Origin: Chthoniobacter flavus
GTDB lineage: Bacteria; Verrucomicrobiota; Verrucomicrobiia; Chthoniobacterales; JACTMZ01
Direction: 5' to 3'
NCBI GenBank assembly: GCA_945871065.1
Contig: CAMBUL010000006.1
Span: 1-58,318 of the forward strand
DNA length: 58,318 nt
Shown here: one piece after another, positions 1-8,462 of the stretch
How the letters are laid out: every line of letters begins with the position of its first letter
Numbering within the stretch: position 1 is the stretch's first letter
The notes under the pieces: model-generated
What the model saw: only the letters and a program-made list of their open reading frames with translations
What the model was told of the DNA's origin: nothing
The model's database searches: none
Position numbers and translations under genes: made by a program

Positions 1-93
1 ATCAAAACGTCGCGCCACTTGGTCGCGGGTACTGTCTTGCCCGTCGTAGGCTTTGAGGATGCGTTGGCGTAGATCCAGCGAGAGTGTTTTCAT
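1..93 (-). CDS. IS630-family transposase, N-terminal HTH (partial)
   Basis: Manual translation from the ATG at 93 gives MKTLSLDLRQRILKAYDGQDSTRDQVARRFD, matching the S-x-DLR...A-x-RF start of IS630 transposases. Not in the ORF track. Confidence 0.75.
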   Translation of the reverse strand, partial: MKTLSLDLRQRILKAYDGQDSTRDQVARRFD

Positions 94-147
94 CACCGAA
101 CCCTGCCACCAACTTCTAACGGCTACAATATTATTTAAAATGCTCTA
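1..147 (-). mobile_element. Left end of an IS630-family insertion sequence (runs off the window)
   Basis: The minus strand starts TAGAGCATTTTAAATAATATTGTAG at 147, a TA-initiated, AT-rich IS630-like end, followed 54 nt later by a transposase-like ORF start. Confidence 0.7.
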
Positions 148-565
148 ACATCGTAGTTCTTGGCGGCGAGGCGGGAGTGGTTGGGGGGTGCCCGACGGCG
201 GCCCAACGGTAAGCGGGATCGAGGTCGAGGACCCAGTAGTCGCCTATGAACGGCCAGAAGAAACGGACTTTGAGTTTGCTATTGTTGCTGCCGGGGAAGA
301 CCCGTGCGGTGCCTTCGACCCGGACGGGACGGCCGCCTCGCTGGCAAGTCTTGACCACACGGATGCGGCCATCGGGCCTCGGGGTATATTCGGCCTTGGT
401 GTCGGCGCAGCCGCCTTGGAACCAATTCGGGAAGGATTTCACTTCATACTAGGGGCCCGCGTAGTGCGCGAGATCGACGGAGGGAACGGTCTGCGGAGGG
501 GGCAGGGAGGTGCAGGCGGTGAGCAATCCGGCCGAAGCAAGGCAACCGGCCAGGCGAAATGTCAT
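148..565 (-). pseudogene. blc: Lipocalin (Blc-like) lipoprotein pseudogene
   Basis: ATG at 565, lipobox LTAC, then VDLAHYAGP*YEV (TAG at 449-451 replaces the GxW Trp), FPNWFQ, KLKVRFFWPF.GDYWV, AVGHP. The LWILSR segment is missing, the C-terminal RLAAKNYDV lies in another frame, and the IS end follows. Confidence 0.8.
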
Positions 566-616
566 AGCCCGAGATTGGCGGGGCAGCGGGCCGCTTTCGA
601 GCAGAAACAGGGCCGC

Positions 617-2809
617 TCAGCGAGGCGGACGGTTGAGGCGCCAGCGGAGATAAAGCGCCCCGGCAAGCACGGCGCAAAGGGCGCTGATCGCCACGGTGCG
701 CCAAGGAAAAGGGGTCACGGGCAGGGTGTCGACAAAGAACCCAATGGTCGGCGCAAGCTCGCCCGATGGTCCGGTCGGAACAACGCGCCAGTAGGTGCGC
801 GTGCCACGAGGCAGGCCGTCGATGCGGGCCCTACACACCGTCAGTTCGAGTCCATTCCCCGTCACCTTCCCGATGTTGCCGTTCTTTTCCCCTCGATCGA
901 TTATTTTGAATGTGGGTGCGCCGGGGATACCGCGTTCAAGGCGGAAGCTGGAGACGCCGAGATCGTGTGCGAAAAAGATCTCGAGGAAGGCACCGAGACG
1001 CTCGGCCTTCTTGTCGACGTATACAAAGGCCGTGACCGGTCCGGTCGGAGGCGGTGGAAGGCGGTCGGGCTGTGCAGGGATACCAACGAGGGTGTTGTCG
1101 CGGATGCGGAACGGTAGGGCAACGTCGCGCTTGTCGCCGCCCTCGAGGGTGGCGACCAGACGCCATTGGTCGGCGGCGAGGTGGGACTCTGCGATGAGTT
1201 GTTGGCCGGTGGGGGCTTCGTTGGAGGGTTCCGCGGTGGGGTCAGCTCTTTCGATCGGTGTATCGAGGAATTTACGAATTAGGCCGGCCAGGCTCTGCAG
1301 CCACCTCTGCAGCCACCCGAGCGGCCCTTCGTGTGGTGCGGGCGGATGGTAATCCTGCCACAGGCCATCATTTTCCCTGCGGTGCTGGAGGGTGAAATCT
1401 TGCCAACCCGGTTTTTCAACCCAAGTAATGGCCGGACCTTCCGGGGTCGGTGTATAGCGGATGTCGATGTTGAGGACATAATTGAGGACATAATCATCTG
1501 TTTTCGGACAAATAGTTGGTGTCGGCGGAGGCGTAGGGGTGCGCGGGATTAAACGCGCGGTGACCTTCACGATGACTTCTTTTCCGAGCAGGGAGACGGT
1601 CATCTCGGTGGGAGGGGCTTGGTCCGGCTTGAGACGCAGTTCGAGCGGAATTTCCAACTCTCCTCCAGGCGGGACAGTGAAAGCGGTAGCGCCGCTGGCC
1701 GGACGGATCGATTCGGACGGAAGCAACTTGCCTTCGGCGGGCGAACCCCCGTCGTTGATTAGGATCAAGGATGCTCTGACCACAGTCCGAGGTCTGACCT
1801 CGCCGAAGTCGGGTGTCGCGACGATGCGCAGTGCGGCGGGGATGGCGGGCGCGGTGAATTCCCGCAACTCGGCATGGCCGTCACATTCGAAGCTGGCGCC
1901 GAACGGCGGGACGTATTCTTTGCGGTCGGGCGGGATGCGCAGGATGACTTCCGTGCTTTCGCCAGGTCCGAGGGTAAAGTCGGCAACGGCTTCGACGGGA
2001 CTCTCCGGGGGAAGGCCAACGGATACGGTCAGCGGTCGCTTGGACTGGTTTTTTACCACGGCAATGCCGCGGCGTGATTGATCCGGGGCGGCTGAGAATA
2101 CGGCCTCCTCCACCTCGAGGACGAGCGGTGCAATGGCCAGGCCTTTGAGGACGAGGAGGGCCGGATCGTTGGCGAAAGGTTGCAGGCGGAAAACAAATTC
2201 GCCGGTGCGTTCCGGGGCGAAAAGTAGAGGGATGCGGGTTTTCTTGCCACGGCGCAGCACAAAGCCGCCATCGTCCTCGAGGGTGAACGGTTCGGTTGGC
2301 CGGAGGAAACCGGTGATCACCCCGCCGCCCGCGTTGGCCAGTTCCACCACGCACCGCACCGGAGGATCACCCAAGGCAACCGGTCCGAAATCGAGCAGTT
2401 CCGGCGTGATGGAAAGGAGCGGCGCGGCATCGCGGATCTTGATGATGACGCGTCCGCGTCCGGTCAGTTTGGTGATCCCGGCTTTGACCTCGAAGGCAAA
2501 GGTGTCGGCGACCGAATCTTCGTCGTTGCCGTGAGTGTAGGTAATGTAAGCGGGCCCTTGGCGCTCGGGGCCATTGTATGGCTCCAGTCCCGAGAGCTTG
2601 CCGTGCTGCGGCCTGCCCAGCGGTCGGTAGGTCAGCGGGTTGAGATTGCGTTCGAATCCGCGCAGCGGAATGCGCACGCTTTCTCCCCGCGCAACCTCGA
2701 CTTCGATATTTTGGGCCTTGGGCGAGACGCGTTCCGGCTTTTTGGCCGGGCTATCCGCGCTCTGGGCTGCGAAGAAAATGGCCAGACAGGCGAAGAGGCG
2801 GGCAGTCAC
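617..2809 (-). CDS. Surface-anchored multi-Ig-domain protein (Big-like, repeated ASH/choice-of-anchor-D-like, FN3-like)
   Basis: Signal peptide; repeated P..DFG.V...L.N.GG segments; Pro-rich linkers; C-terminal TM helix with a basic tail. Confidence 0.6.
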   Translation of the reverse strand: MTARLFACLAIFFAAQSADSPAKKPERVSPKAQNIEVEVARGESVRIPLRGFERNLNPLTYRPLGRPQHGKLSGLEPYNGPERQGPAYITYTHGNDEDSVADTFAFEVKAGITKLTGRGRVIIKIRDAAPLLSITPELLDFGPVALGDPPVRCVVELANAGGGVITGFLRPTEPFTLEDDGGFVLRRGKKTRIPLLFAPERTGEFVFRLQPFANDPALLVLKGLAIAPLVLEVEEAVFSAAPDQSRRGIAVVKNQSKRPLTVSVGLPPESPVEAVADFTLGPGESTEVILRIPPDRKEYVPPFGASFECDGHAELREFTAPAIPAALRIVATPDFGEVRPRTVVRASLILINDGGSPAEGKLLPSESIRPASGATAFTVPPGGELEIPLELRLKPDQAPPTEMTVSLLGKEVIVKVTARLIPRTPTPPPTPTICPKTDDYVLNYVLNIDIRYTPTPEGPAITWVEKPGWQDFTLQHRRENDGLWQDYHPPAPHEGPLGWLQRWLQSLAGLIRKFLDTPIERADPTAEPSNEAPTGQQLIAESHLAADQWRLVATLEGGDKRDVALPFRIRDNTLVGIPAQPDRLPPPPTGPVTAFVYVDKKAERLGAFLEIFFAHDLGVSSFRLERGIPGAPTFKIIDRGEKNGNIGKVTGNGLELTVCRARIDGLPRGTRTYWRVVPTGPSGELAPTIGFFVDTLPVTPFPWRTVAISALCAVLAGALYLRWRLNRPPR

Positions 2810-2865
2810 TAGGCCACAGAAGCAAATGGGTTGGAAAAAGGCGAGGCGAACCCTATTTTCTGCCC

Positions 2866-3456
2866 ATGGGAAAAGTCTTCAGGCACGCGCTGGCAGCCGC
2901 CGTCTTGGTTGTCGCGCCCGCAGCCTCCGGGCAGGAACCATCCCATCCCGTGTTTCCGGGGCCCGTCGAGTTGATCGTCATGCAGGATCCCCCGAAGGTG
3001 GTGCCGCGTGTGTTGGACCGTGCCACTCCGGACAACACGCGGGTCGTGGTCTCTCTCGGACGGCAGCGCGCCTATCTTTACGTGGATGAGGAAGTGGCGA
3101 TCGACACTCCGGTCTCCACGGGGAAACGCCGCGGACAAACCCCGACGGGGGACTTCACGGTGCTGGAGAAAGCGACGGAGCAGAGTTCGAATTTGCACGG
3201 GGACTTTGTCGATCGTGACGGGAATGCGGTCCGCCATGGCGCGAGCACACGCATCGACGCGGCGCCGAGCGGCACGACTTTCCGCCCGGTGCCGGTGCGG
3301 TATTTTCTGCGGCTTGATGATGCCGGACTCGCCCTCCATGCCGGACGGTTGCCGGGCTATCCTTCCGCGGATCGGGCCGTGCGCTTGCCGGCGGATATTG
3401 CGCCGCTCATTTTTCAGCGCGTGAAGCAGGACACGCCGGTAAAGATCGAGGAGTAG
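2866..3456 (+). CDS. L,D-transpeptidase (YkuD) family protein lacking the catalytic Cys
   Basis: Signal peptide; VSLGRQRAY, PVSTGK...TPTGDFTV; LHAGRLPGYPSADRAVRL in place of HxG...SHGCxRL. Confidence 0.8.
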   Translation: MGKVFRHALAAAVLVVAPAASGQEPSHPVFPGPVELIVMQDPPKVVPRVLDRATPDNTRVVVSLGRQRAYLYVDEEVAIDTPVSTGKRRGQTPTGDFTVLEKATEQSSNLHGDFVDRDGNAVRHGASTRIDAAPSGTTFRPVPVRYFLRLDDAGLALHAGRLPGYPSADRAVRLPADIAPLIFQRVKQDTPVKIEE

Positions 3457-3504
3457 GGGGAGGACGGAGAGGGATGAGCGAGGAGACTTGAGGACAGAGT
3501 AACG

Positions 3505-3531
3505 GGTGGATCGCGCCGTCCCGGCGCGATG
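3505..3531 (+). repeat. GTGG-type REP-like palindrome (family 2)
   Basis: GGTGGATCGCGCCGTCCCGGCGCGATG; 1 mismatch to the copy at 47951-47977; lies between convergent genes. Confidence 0.7.
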
Positions 3532-3549
3532 AGTAGGCGCAAAACCGTT

Positions 3550-5073
3550 TCAGCGGCCGATATGCTTGAGCGGGGTGCCGGCGAGGAGTTTCTCCTCGAT
3601 CGACTCGAGGGAGACGCCTTTGGTCTCGGGCACGAGGGTGAGAAAGAAGACGATGAAGACGGCGTTGAGCGCGCCGTAGAGCAGGAAGGTGTTTCCCGGG
3701 CCGAGGGTGTTCAACATGGTGAGGAAGGTCATGCCGACAATGGCATTGGCCGTCCAATTGGTCACCGTGCTGCAGGTGATGCCGAAGTCACGTCCGGCCA
3801 GCGGGAAGATTTCCGCGCAGAGGATCCAAATGATCGGACCGGCGCTCATGGCAAAGCCGACGATGAAGACGACGAGCGCGGCAACGGCGAGGTAACTCAT
3901 GGTCAGCCCTCCGCCCGCATTGGCACCGATGCCCAGATGGAAGAGGGCACCGAGCGAGAGCATGCCCAGGCCCATGACGACGAAACCGGCGAACATCATC
4001 GGTCTGCGTCCGAGCCGGTCGACAAAAGCAATGGCGATGAAGGTGGCCAGCACATTGATCGTGCCGATGAGGACCGTACCCCACATTTGCTCGGCGGTGG
4101 TATTAAAGCCGGCTTCCTGGAGGATGCGCGGCGCGTAATACATGATGACATTGATGCCGGTGAATTGCTGGATGACCTGCAATCCGACTCCGAGAAAGAC
4201 GGCACGGCGGAAGTTGCGATTGTCACGGAAAAGGGGGAAACCCTTCTGTTCGACTTTGAGGCTCGCTTCAATTTCGGCGAATTCGCGTTCCGCCTCTGCA
4301 TCGCTGTTGGCCAGACGTCGCAGCACTTGGAGCGCTTTGGGGCCGCGTTGCTTGAGGACAAGCCAGCGCGGGCTTTCCGGCAGAAAGAGCATGCCGAGGA
4401 ACATGAGGAGGGCCGGAACGGCAATGATCCCGAGCATCCAACGCCAAGGCATGGCGAAGTAGGCATGCATGACCATTTGTCCGCGGCCACCGGCCAGGGT
4501 GCTGAGTGACTGGCTCATTTCGGCGGCAATCGGTTGGAGATTGGCGTAGGTGGAGAAGAAGGTGTCGCTGAGGAAGGCGAGCACGATGCCGATGGTGATC
4601 ATCAGCTGGTACATGGAAATAAGCGCTCCGCGCACGTTTCGCGGCGCGATTTCCGAAAGGTACAACGGGGCAACAAACGAGGCCATACCCACCGCGATGC
4701 CGAGGAAAAAGCGCGCCGCGATGAGCGCGCCGGCCGAAGGAGCCATGGAGCAGAGGATGGAACCAACAGCGAAGACAAGTGCGCTGATCAGGATGGTTCC
4801 GCGGCGACCGAGGCGGAAGGAAAAGAACCCGCTGATGAGCACGCCGAAAACCGCACCCCAGAGCAGGGAGCTGACGATTTTCTCCACCATGCGGTCATCA
4901 ACGCCGAAATCTTTTTGGATAAATTCGTTGGCCCCGGAGATGACCCCGACATCGAGACCGAAGAGAAGTCCGGCCAACGCGGCGGTGAGGCCGACGAAGT
5001 AAACGATCGGTCTGGTTTTTCCGGCAAGCGGAAGGGAGGTGGACGACGAGGATGGCGGGATGGGCGAGGACAT
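3550..5073 (-). CDS. Sugar porter family MFS transporter (GalP/AraE-like)
   Basis: GLLFGLDVGVISGA, PLYLSEIAP, PESPRW, QQFTGIN, VDRLGRR, PETKG motifs. Confidence 0.92.
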   Translation of the reverse strand: MSSPIPPSSSSTSLPLAGKTRPIVYFVGLTAALAGLLFGLDVGVISGANEFIQKDFGVDDRMVEKIVSSLLWGAVFGVLISGFFSFRLGRRGTILISALVFAVGSILCSMAPSAGALIAARFFLGIAVGMASFVAPLYLSEIAPRNVRGALISMYQLMITIGIVLAFLSDTFFSTYANLQPIAAEMSQSLSTLAGGRGQMVMHAYFAMPWRWMLGIIAVPALLMFLGMLFLPESPRWLVLKQRGPKALQVLRRLANSDAEAEREFAEIEASLKVEQKGFPLFRDNRNFRRAVFLGVGLQVIQQFTGINVIMYYAPRILQEAGFNTTAEQMWGTVLIGTINVLATFIAIAFVDRLGRRPMMFAGFVVMGLGMLSLGALFHLGIGANAGGGLTMSYLAVAALVVFIVGFAMSAGPIIWILCAEIFPLAGRDFGITCSTVTNWTANAIVGMTFLTMLNTLGPGNTFLLYGALNAVFIVFFLTLVPETKGVSLESIEEKLLAGTPLKHIGR

Positions 5074-5113
5074 AAGGCGAGGGGGGGGTGAGGGCTATGG
5101 GTGTTGGGAGGGG

Positions 5114-6418
5114 TTAAATCCATGTGCCGTCAGGGATGACGGCATTTTTCGGAATGATGACGATGCCATCGCGAATGTAGTAGTTGCCGCCATCGTATTC
5201 GGCGGGCTTGCCGTCCGGGCTGATTACCACCCGCTCGCCGATCCGCGCATTTTTGTCGACGATGGCATCGCTGATGGTCGTGTTTCGTCCGATGCCGATA
5301 GGAGGTGCACCGGGGGGCGCGGAGGTCTGCGACTCGTAGAAATCCGCCCCCATCATGACCACATTGCGCAGCACGGCGCCGGTCTCGATGATGCTGCGGA
5401 TCCCCACCACGCAGCGTTCGAGGTTTGCATCGGTGATGATGCATCCGTCGGAGACCACGGCTCGATGGACTGTGGCGCTGTTGATTTTGCTCGCGGGGAG
5501 AAAACGCGGACGCGAGTAAATAGCCGCGTCGGGCCGGTAGAAACTGAAGGACGGCTCGACTTCGGAGAGGGCAAGATTGGCTTCGAAAAAAGAACGGATC
5601 GTCCCGATGTCCTCCCAGTAGCCTTGGAAGACGTGCGCCTGCACGCGCCGGTCGGAGATGGCAGCAGGGATGATATTTTTGCCGAAGTCATCGTGTTGGT
5701 TTTCGAGGCAGCCCGCGAGGACCGAGCGGTTGAAAAGGTAAATACCCATCGAAGCCTGGTAATAATCGCTGCCTGAGGCCAGGCCGAGTTCGGTCAGCAG
5801 CGGGCCGGGAATGCGCAGGCTGTCGAGCACGGCAGGGTCGGTCGGTTTCTCGTCGAAGCGAGTGACGCGACGCGCTTCATCGGTCTGCATGATGCCGAAT
5901 CCCGGCGCGTCCTGCCGGTTGACGGGCAAGGTTGCGATGGTCAGGTCGGCTCCGGAGGCGAGGTGGCTTTCCATCAATTCGCGGAAATCCATCTGGTAAA
6001 GTTGGTCACCGCTGAGAACGAGGTAATAGTCCCACGGTTTCTCAAGGAAATAGTTCAAGTTTTGCCGCACCGCATCGGCCGTGCCTTGGTACCAGCCGGC
6101 GCCGGTCGGGGTTTGTTGCGCGGCGAGGATTTCGACGAAGCTGCCCGCGCTGAAGATGTCGAACTTGTAGGTGCCGTTGATGTGCTGGTGGAGCGAGGCC
6201 GTATTGAACTGGGTGAGTACGTAGATGCTGCGGATGCCCGAGTTGAGGCAATTGCTGATCGGGATGTCGACCAAACGGTATTTGCCGCCGAGGGGAACGG
6301 CCGGCTTGGAACGATCTTTGGTCAGGGGAAAAAGTCGCTGGCCTGCGCCACCACCCATGATGATGCCTAGCGTCCGGGCAAGGGCAGCGCCGGTCCGGGG
6401 AGCATCTGAGTCGGCCAT
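5114..6418 (-). CDS. glgC: Glucose-1-phosphate adenylyltransferase
   Basis: GGGAGQRLFPLT..RSKPAVP, WYQGTADAV, SGDQLY, FDEKP, SMGIY, YWEDIGT. Confidence 0.96.
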   Translation of the reverse strand: MADSDAPRTGAALARTLGIIMGGGAGQRLFPLTKDRSKPAVPLGGKYRLVDIPISNCLNSGIRSIYVLTQFNTASLHQHINGTYKFDIFSAGSFVEILAAQQTPTGAGWYQGTADAVRQNLNYFLEKPWDYYLVLSGDQLYQMDFRELMESHLASGADLTIATLPVNRQDAPGFGIMQTDEARRVTRFDEKPTDPAVLDSLRIPGPLLTELGLASGSDYYQASMGIYLFNRSVLAGCLENQHDDFGKNIIPAAISDRRVQAHVFQGYWEDIGTIRSFFEANLALSEVEPSFSFYRPDAAIYSRPRFLPASKINSATVHRAVVSDGCIITDANLERCVVGIRSIIETGAVLRNVVMMGADFYESQTSAPPGAPPIGIGRNTTISDAIVDKNARIGERVVISPDGKPAEYDGGNYYIRDGIVIIPKNAVIPDGTWI

Positions 6419-6541
6419 AATCCACTAATGGGTTCGCGCAAAGCGGATCGGATGTCACGCCGCGATTTGCCGTCCCCCCCTCTTGGGGTGATCCCCGCAG
6501 TTGCTACCTGCGGCGCAATGCCCCAGTATAGCAGGTCTCTT

Positions 6542-8389
6542 ATGTGCGGAATTGTCGGTTATGTTGGCCCGGCCGAGGCGGCACCCATCCTTTTGGACGG
6601 GTTGCGCCGTTTGGAATACCGCGGCTATGATTCCGCGGGGCTTGCTTTGGGCAACAACGGGGCGCTTGAGATCCGCAAAGCCGTTGGCCGCATCCAGAAC
6701 CTGGCGCAATTGGTGATCGACGAACCGGTGCACGGCAATCGCGGCATCTCCCATACCCGCTGGGCCACGCACGGCGCCGTGACTGGCGAGAACGCCCACC
6801 CGCATACCGACCAGAGCGGACGCATCGTGCTGGTGCACAATGGGGTCATCGAAAATTACCTCAAGCTCCGCGCCGAACTGGAGCGTGAGGGGCACGTTTT
6901 TCAATCCGAAACCGACACCGAGGTGCTGGCCCATCTCATCGGCAAATACGCCATCCAACTCGGCGAACCCTCGGCGGATCATCTTGTCGAGGCGGTGCGT
7001 CTGGCCCTGCGCGAGGTGCACGGGACATACGGGATTGCGGTGATGCACCGCGATGTCCCGGATCTGCTGATCGGGGCGCGGCGGGGCAGTCCGCTGGTGC
7101 TCGGGGTGGGCAAGGGCGAAAACTTTCTGGCGAGCGACCCTTTGGCTTTGGTCAACCACACGCGCGATGTCGTCTATTTGAAGGACTTTGAGATTGTCGT
7201 GCTGCGGCCCGACAATTTTCAAATCCAGTCGCTGGCTGGCGACGGCCAGGACTACGAGATCAGCAGGGTTGATTTCGAGGCGGAGGAAGTTTCCAAGGGC
7301 GACTATGCGCACTACATGCTCAAGGAAATCTACGAGCAGGCCTCGACGGTGAGGGATGCCATGCGCGGGCGCCTCTCCGCGGAGGAAGCCACGGCCAAGT
7401 TGGGCGGACTCAACATGACGCCCGCGCAATTGCGCGAAGTCGAACGTATCGTCCTCATTGGCTGCGGCACGGCCCACCATGCGGCGGTGGTCGGTGAGTA
7501 TCTGATGGAAAGCCTCGCCTGTCTGCCTACCGAAGTGGAGATCGCCAGCGAGTTCCGTTACCGCAACATGCCGATGGACAAATACACCTTGTCCTTTGTT
7601 ATCAGCCAGAGTGGCGAGACGGCCGACACCTTGGCGGCGTTGCGCGAGAGCCAGCGCAAAGGGCACCGCACGCTCGGCATTTGCAACAATGTGGCCAGCA
7701 CCATCGCGCGCGAGAGCGATGGTGGGGTTTATATGCACGCCGGTCCGGAGATCGGGGTAGCCGCGACCAAGTCGTTCACCTCGCAGGTCACCATCCTCAC
7801 TCTTTTGTCGCTCCTCATGGGCCGCATCCGGAATCTTTCGAGTTCGGATGGTCTCCGCATCATTGAGGAGATGGAAAAGCTGCCGGACAAAGTCGCCCGG
7901 GTCCTCGAGATGAACCCGCACCTTCCGGAGATCGCGGCAAAATACGAAAACGCCCACGGCATGCTCTTCATGGGCCGCCAGTTCCAATACCCGGTGGCGA
8001 TGGAGGCCGCGCTCAAACTCAAAGAGATCAGCTATATGTCCGCCTCGGGCTACCCGAGTGCGGAGCTGAAGCATGGTGTCATCGCGCTGATCAATCCCGA
8101 CATGCCGTCCGTTTTCATCGCGCCCGACGATGCCCTCTTTGAGAAAAACGCGAGCAACATTCAGGAAGTCCGCGCCCGCAAGGGCCCGGTCATCGGCGTC
8201 GGCACCGAGGGACACCGCGAACTGGCGGAGATTACCGACGACACGTTGTGGGTGCCGGCTGCGCCGGATTGGCTCATGCCAGTGCTGACCGTGATTCCCC
8301 TCCAACTGCTTTCCTACCACATCGCGGTGAATCGCGGTTGTGACGTCGACAAGCCGCGTAATCTGGCCAAGAGCGTGACGGTGGAGTGA
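6542..8389 (+). CDS. glmS: Glutamine--fructose-6-phosphate aminotransferase
   Basis: MCGIVGY start, LEYRGYDSAG, HTRWATHG, SQSGETADT, PRNLAKSVTVE. Confidence 0.98.
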   Translation: MCGIVGYVGPAEAAPILLDGLRRLEYRGYDSAGLALGNNGALEIRKAVGRIQNLAQLVIDEPVHGNRGISHTRWATHGAVTGENAHPHTDQSGRIVLVHNGVIENYLKLRAELEREGHVFQSETDTEVLAHLIGKYAIQLGEPSADHLVEAVRLALREVHGTYGIAVMHRDVPDLLIGARRGSPLVLGVGKGENFLASDPLALVNHTRDVVYLKDFEIVVLRPDNFQIQSLAGDGQDYEISRVDFEAEEVSKGDYAHYMLKEIYEQASTVRDAMRGRLSAEEATAKLGGLNMTPAQLREVERIVLIGCGTAHHAAVVGEYLMESLACLPTEVEIASEFRYRNMPMDKYTLSFVISQSGETADTLAALRESQRKGHRTLGICNNVASTIARESDGGVYMHAGPEIGVAATKSFTSQVTILTLLSLLMGRIRNLSSSDGLRIIEEMEKLPDKVARVLEMNPHLPEIAAKYENAHGMLFMGRQFQYPVAMEAALKLKEISYMSASGYPSAELKHGVIALINPDMPSVFIAPDDALFEKNASNIQEVRARKGPVIGVGTEGHRELAEITDDTLWVPAAPDWLMPVLTVIPLQLLSYHIAVNRGCDVDKPRNLAKSVTVE

Positions 8390-8462
8390 TCTCTGCCGCG
8401 GGCGGTTTCTCGACAATGGATAAAGCCGCGCGGGCAAAACGCGCGCGCCGCCGACCGGGGCT

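Noticed and set aside
449-451. Amber recoding (pyrrolysine or alternative code) in blc
   Set aside because: TAG ends normal genes here (e.g. 3454-3456) and blc has other inactivating lesions.
6419-6541. glmS ribozyme upstream of glmS
   Set aside because: The conserved AGCGCC...GACGAGG core is absent and the gap is a short divergent promoter region.
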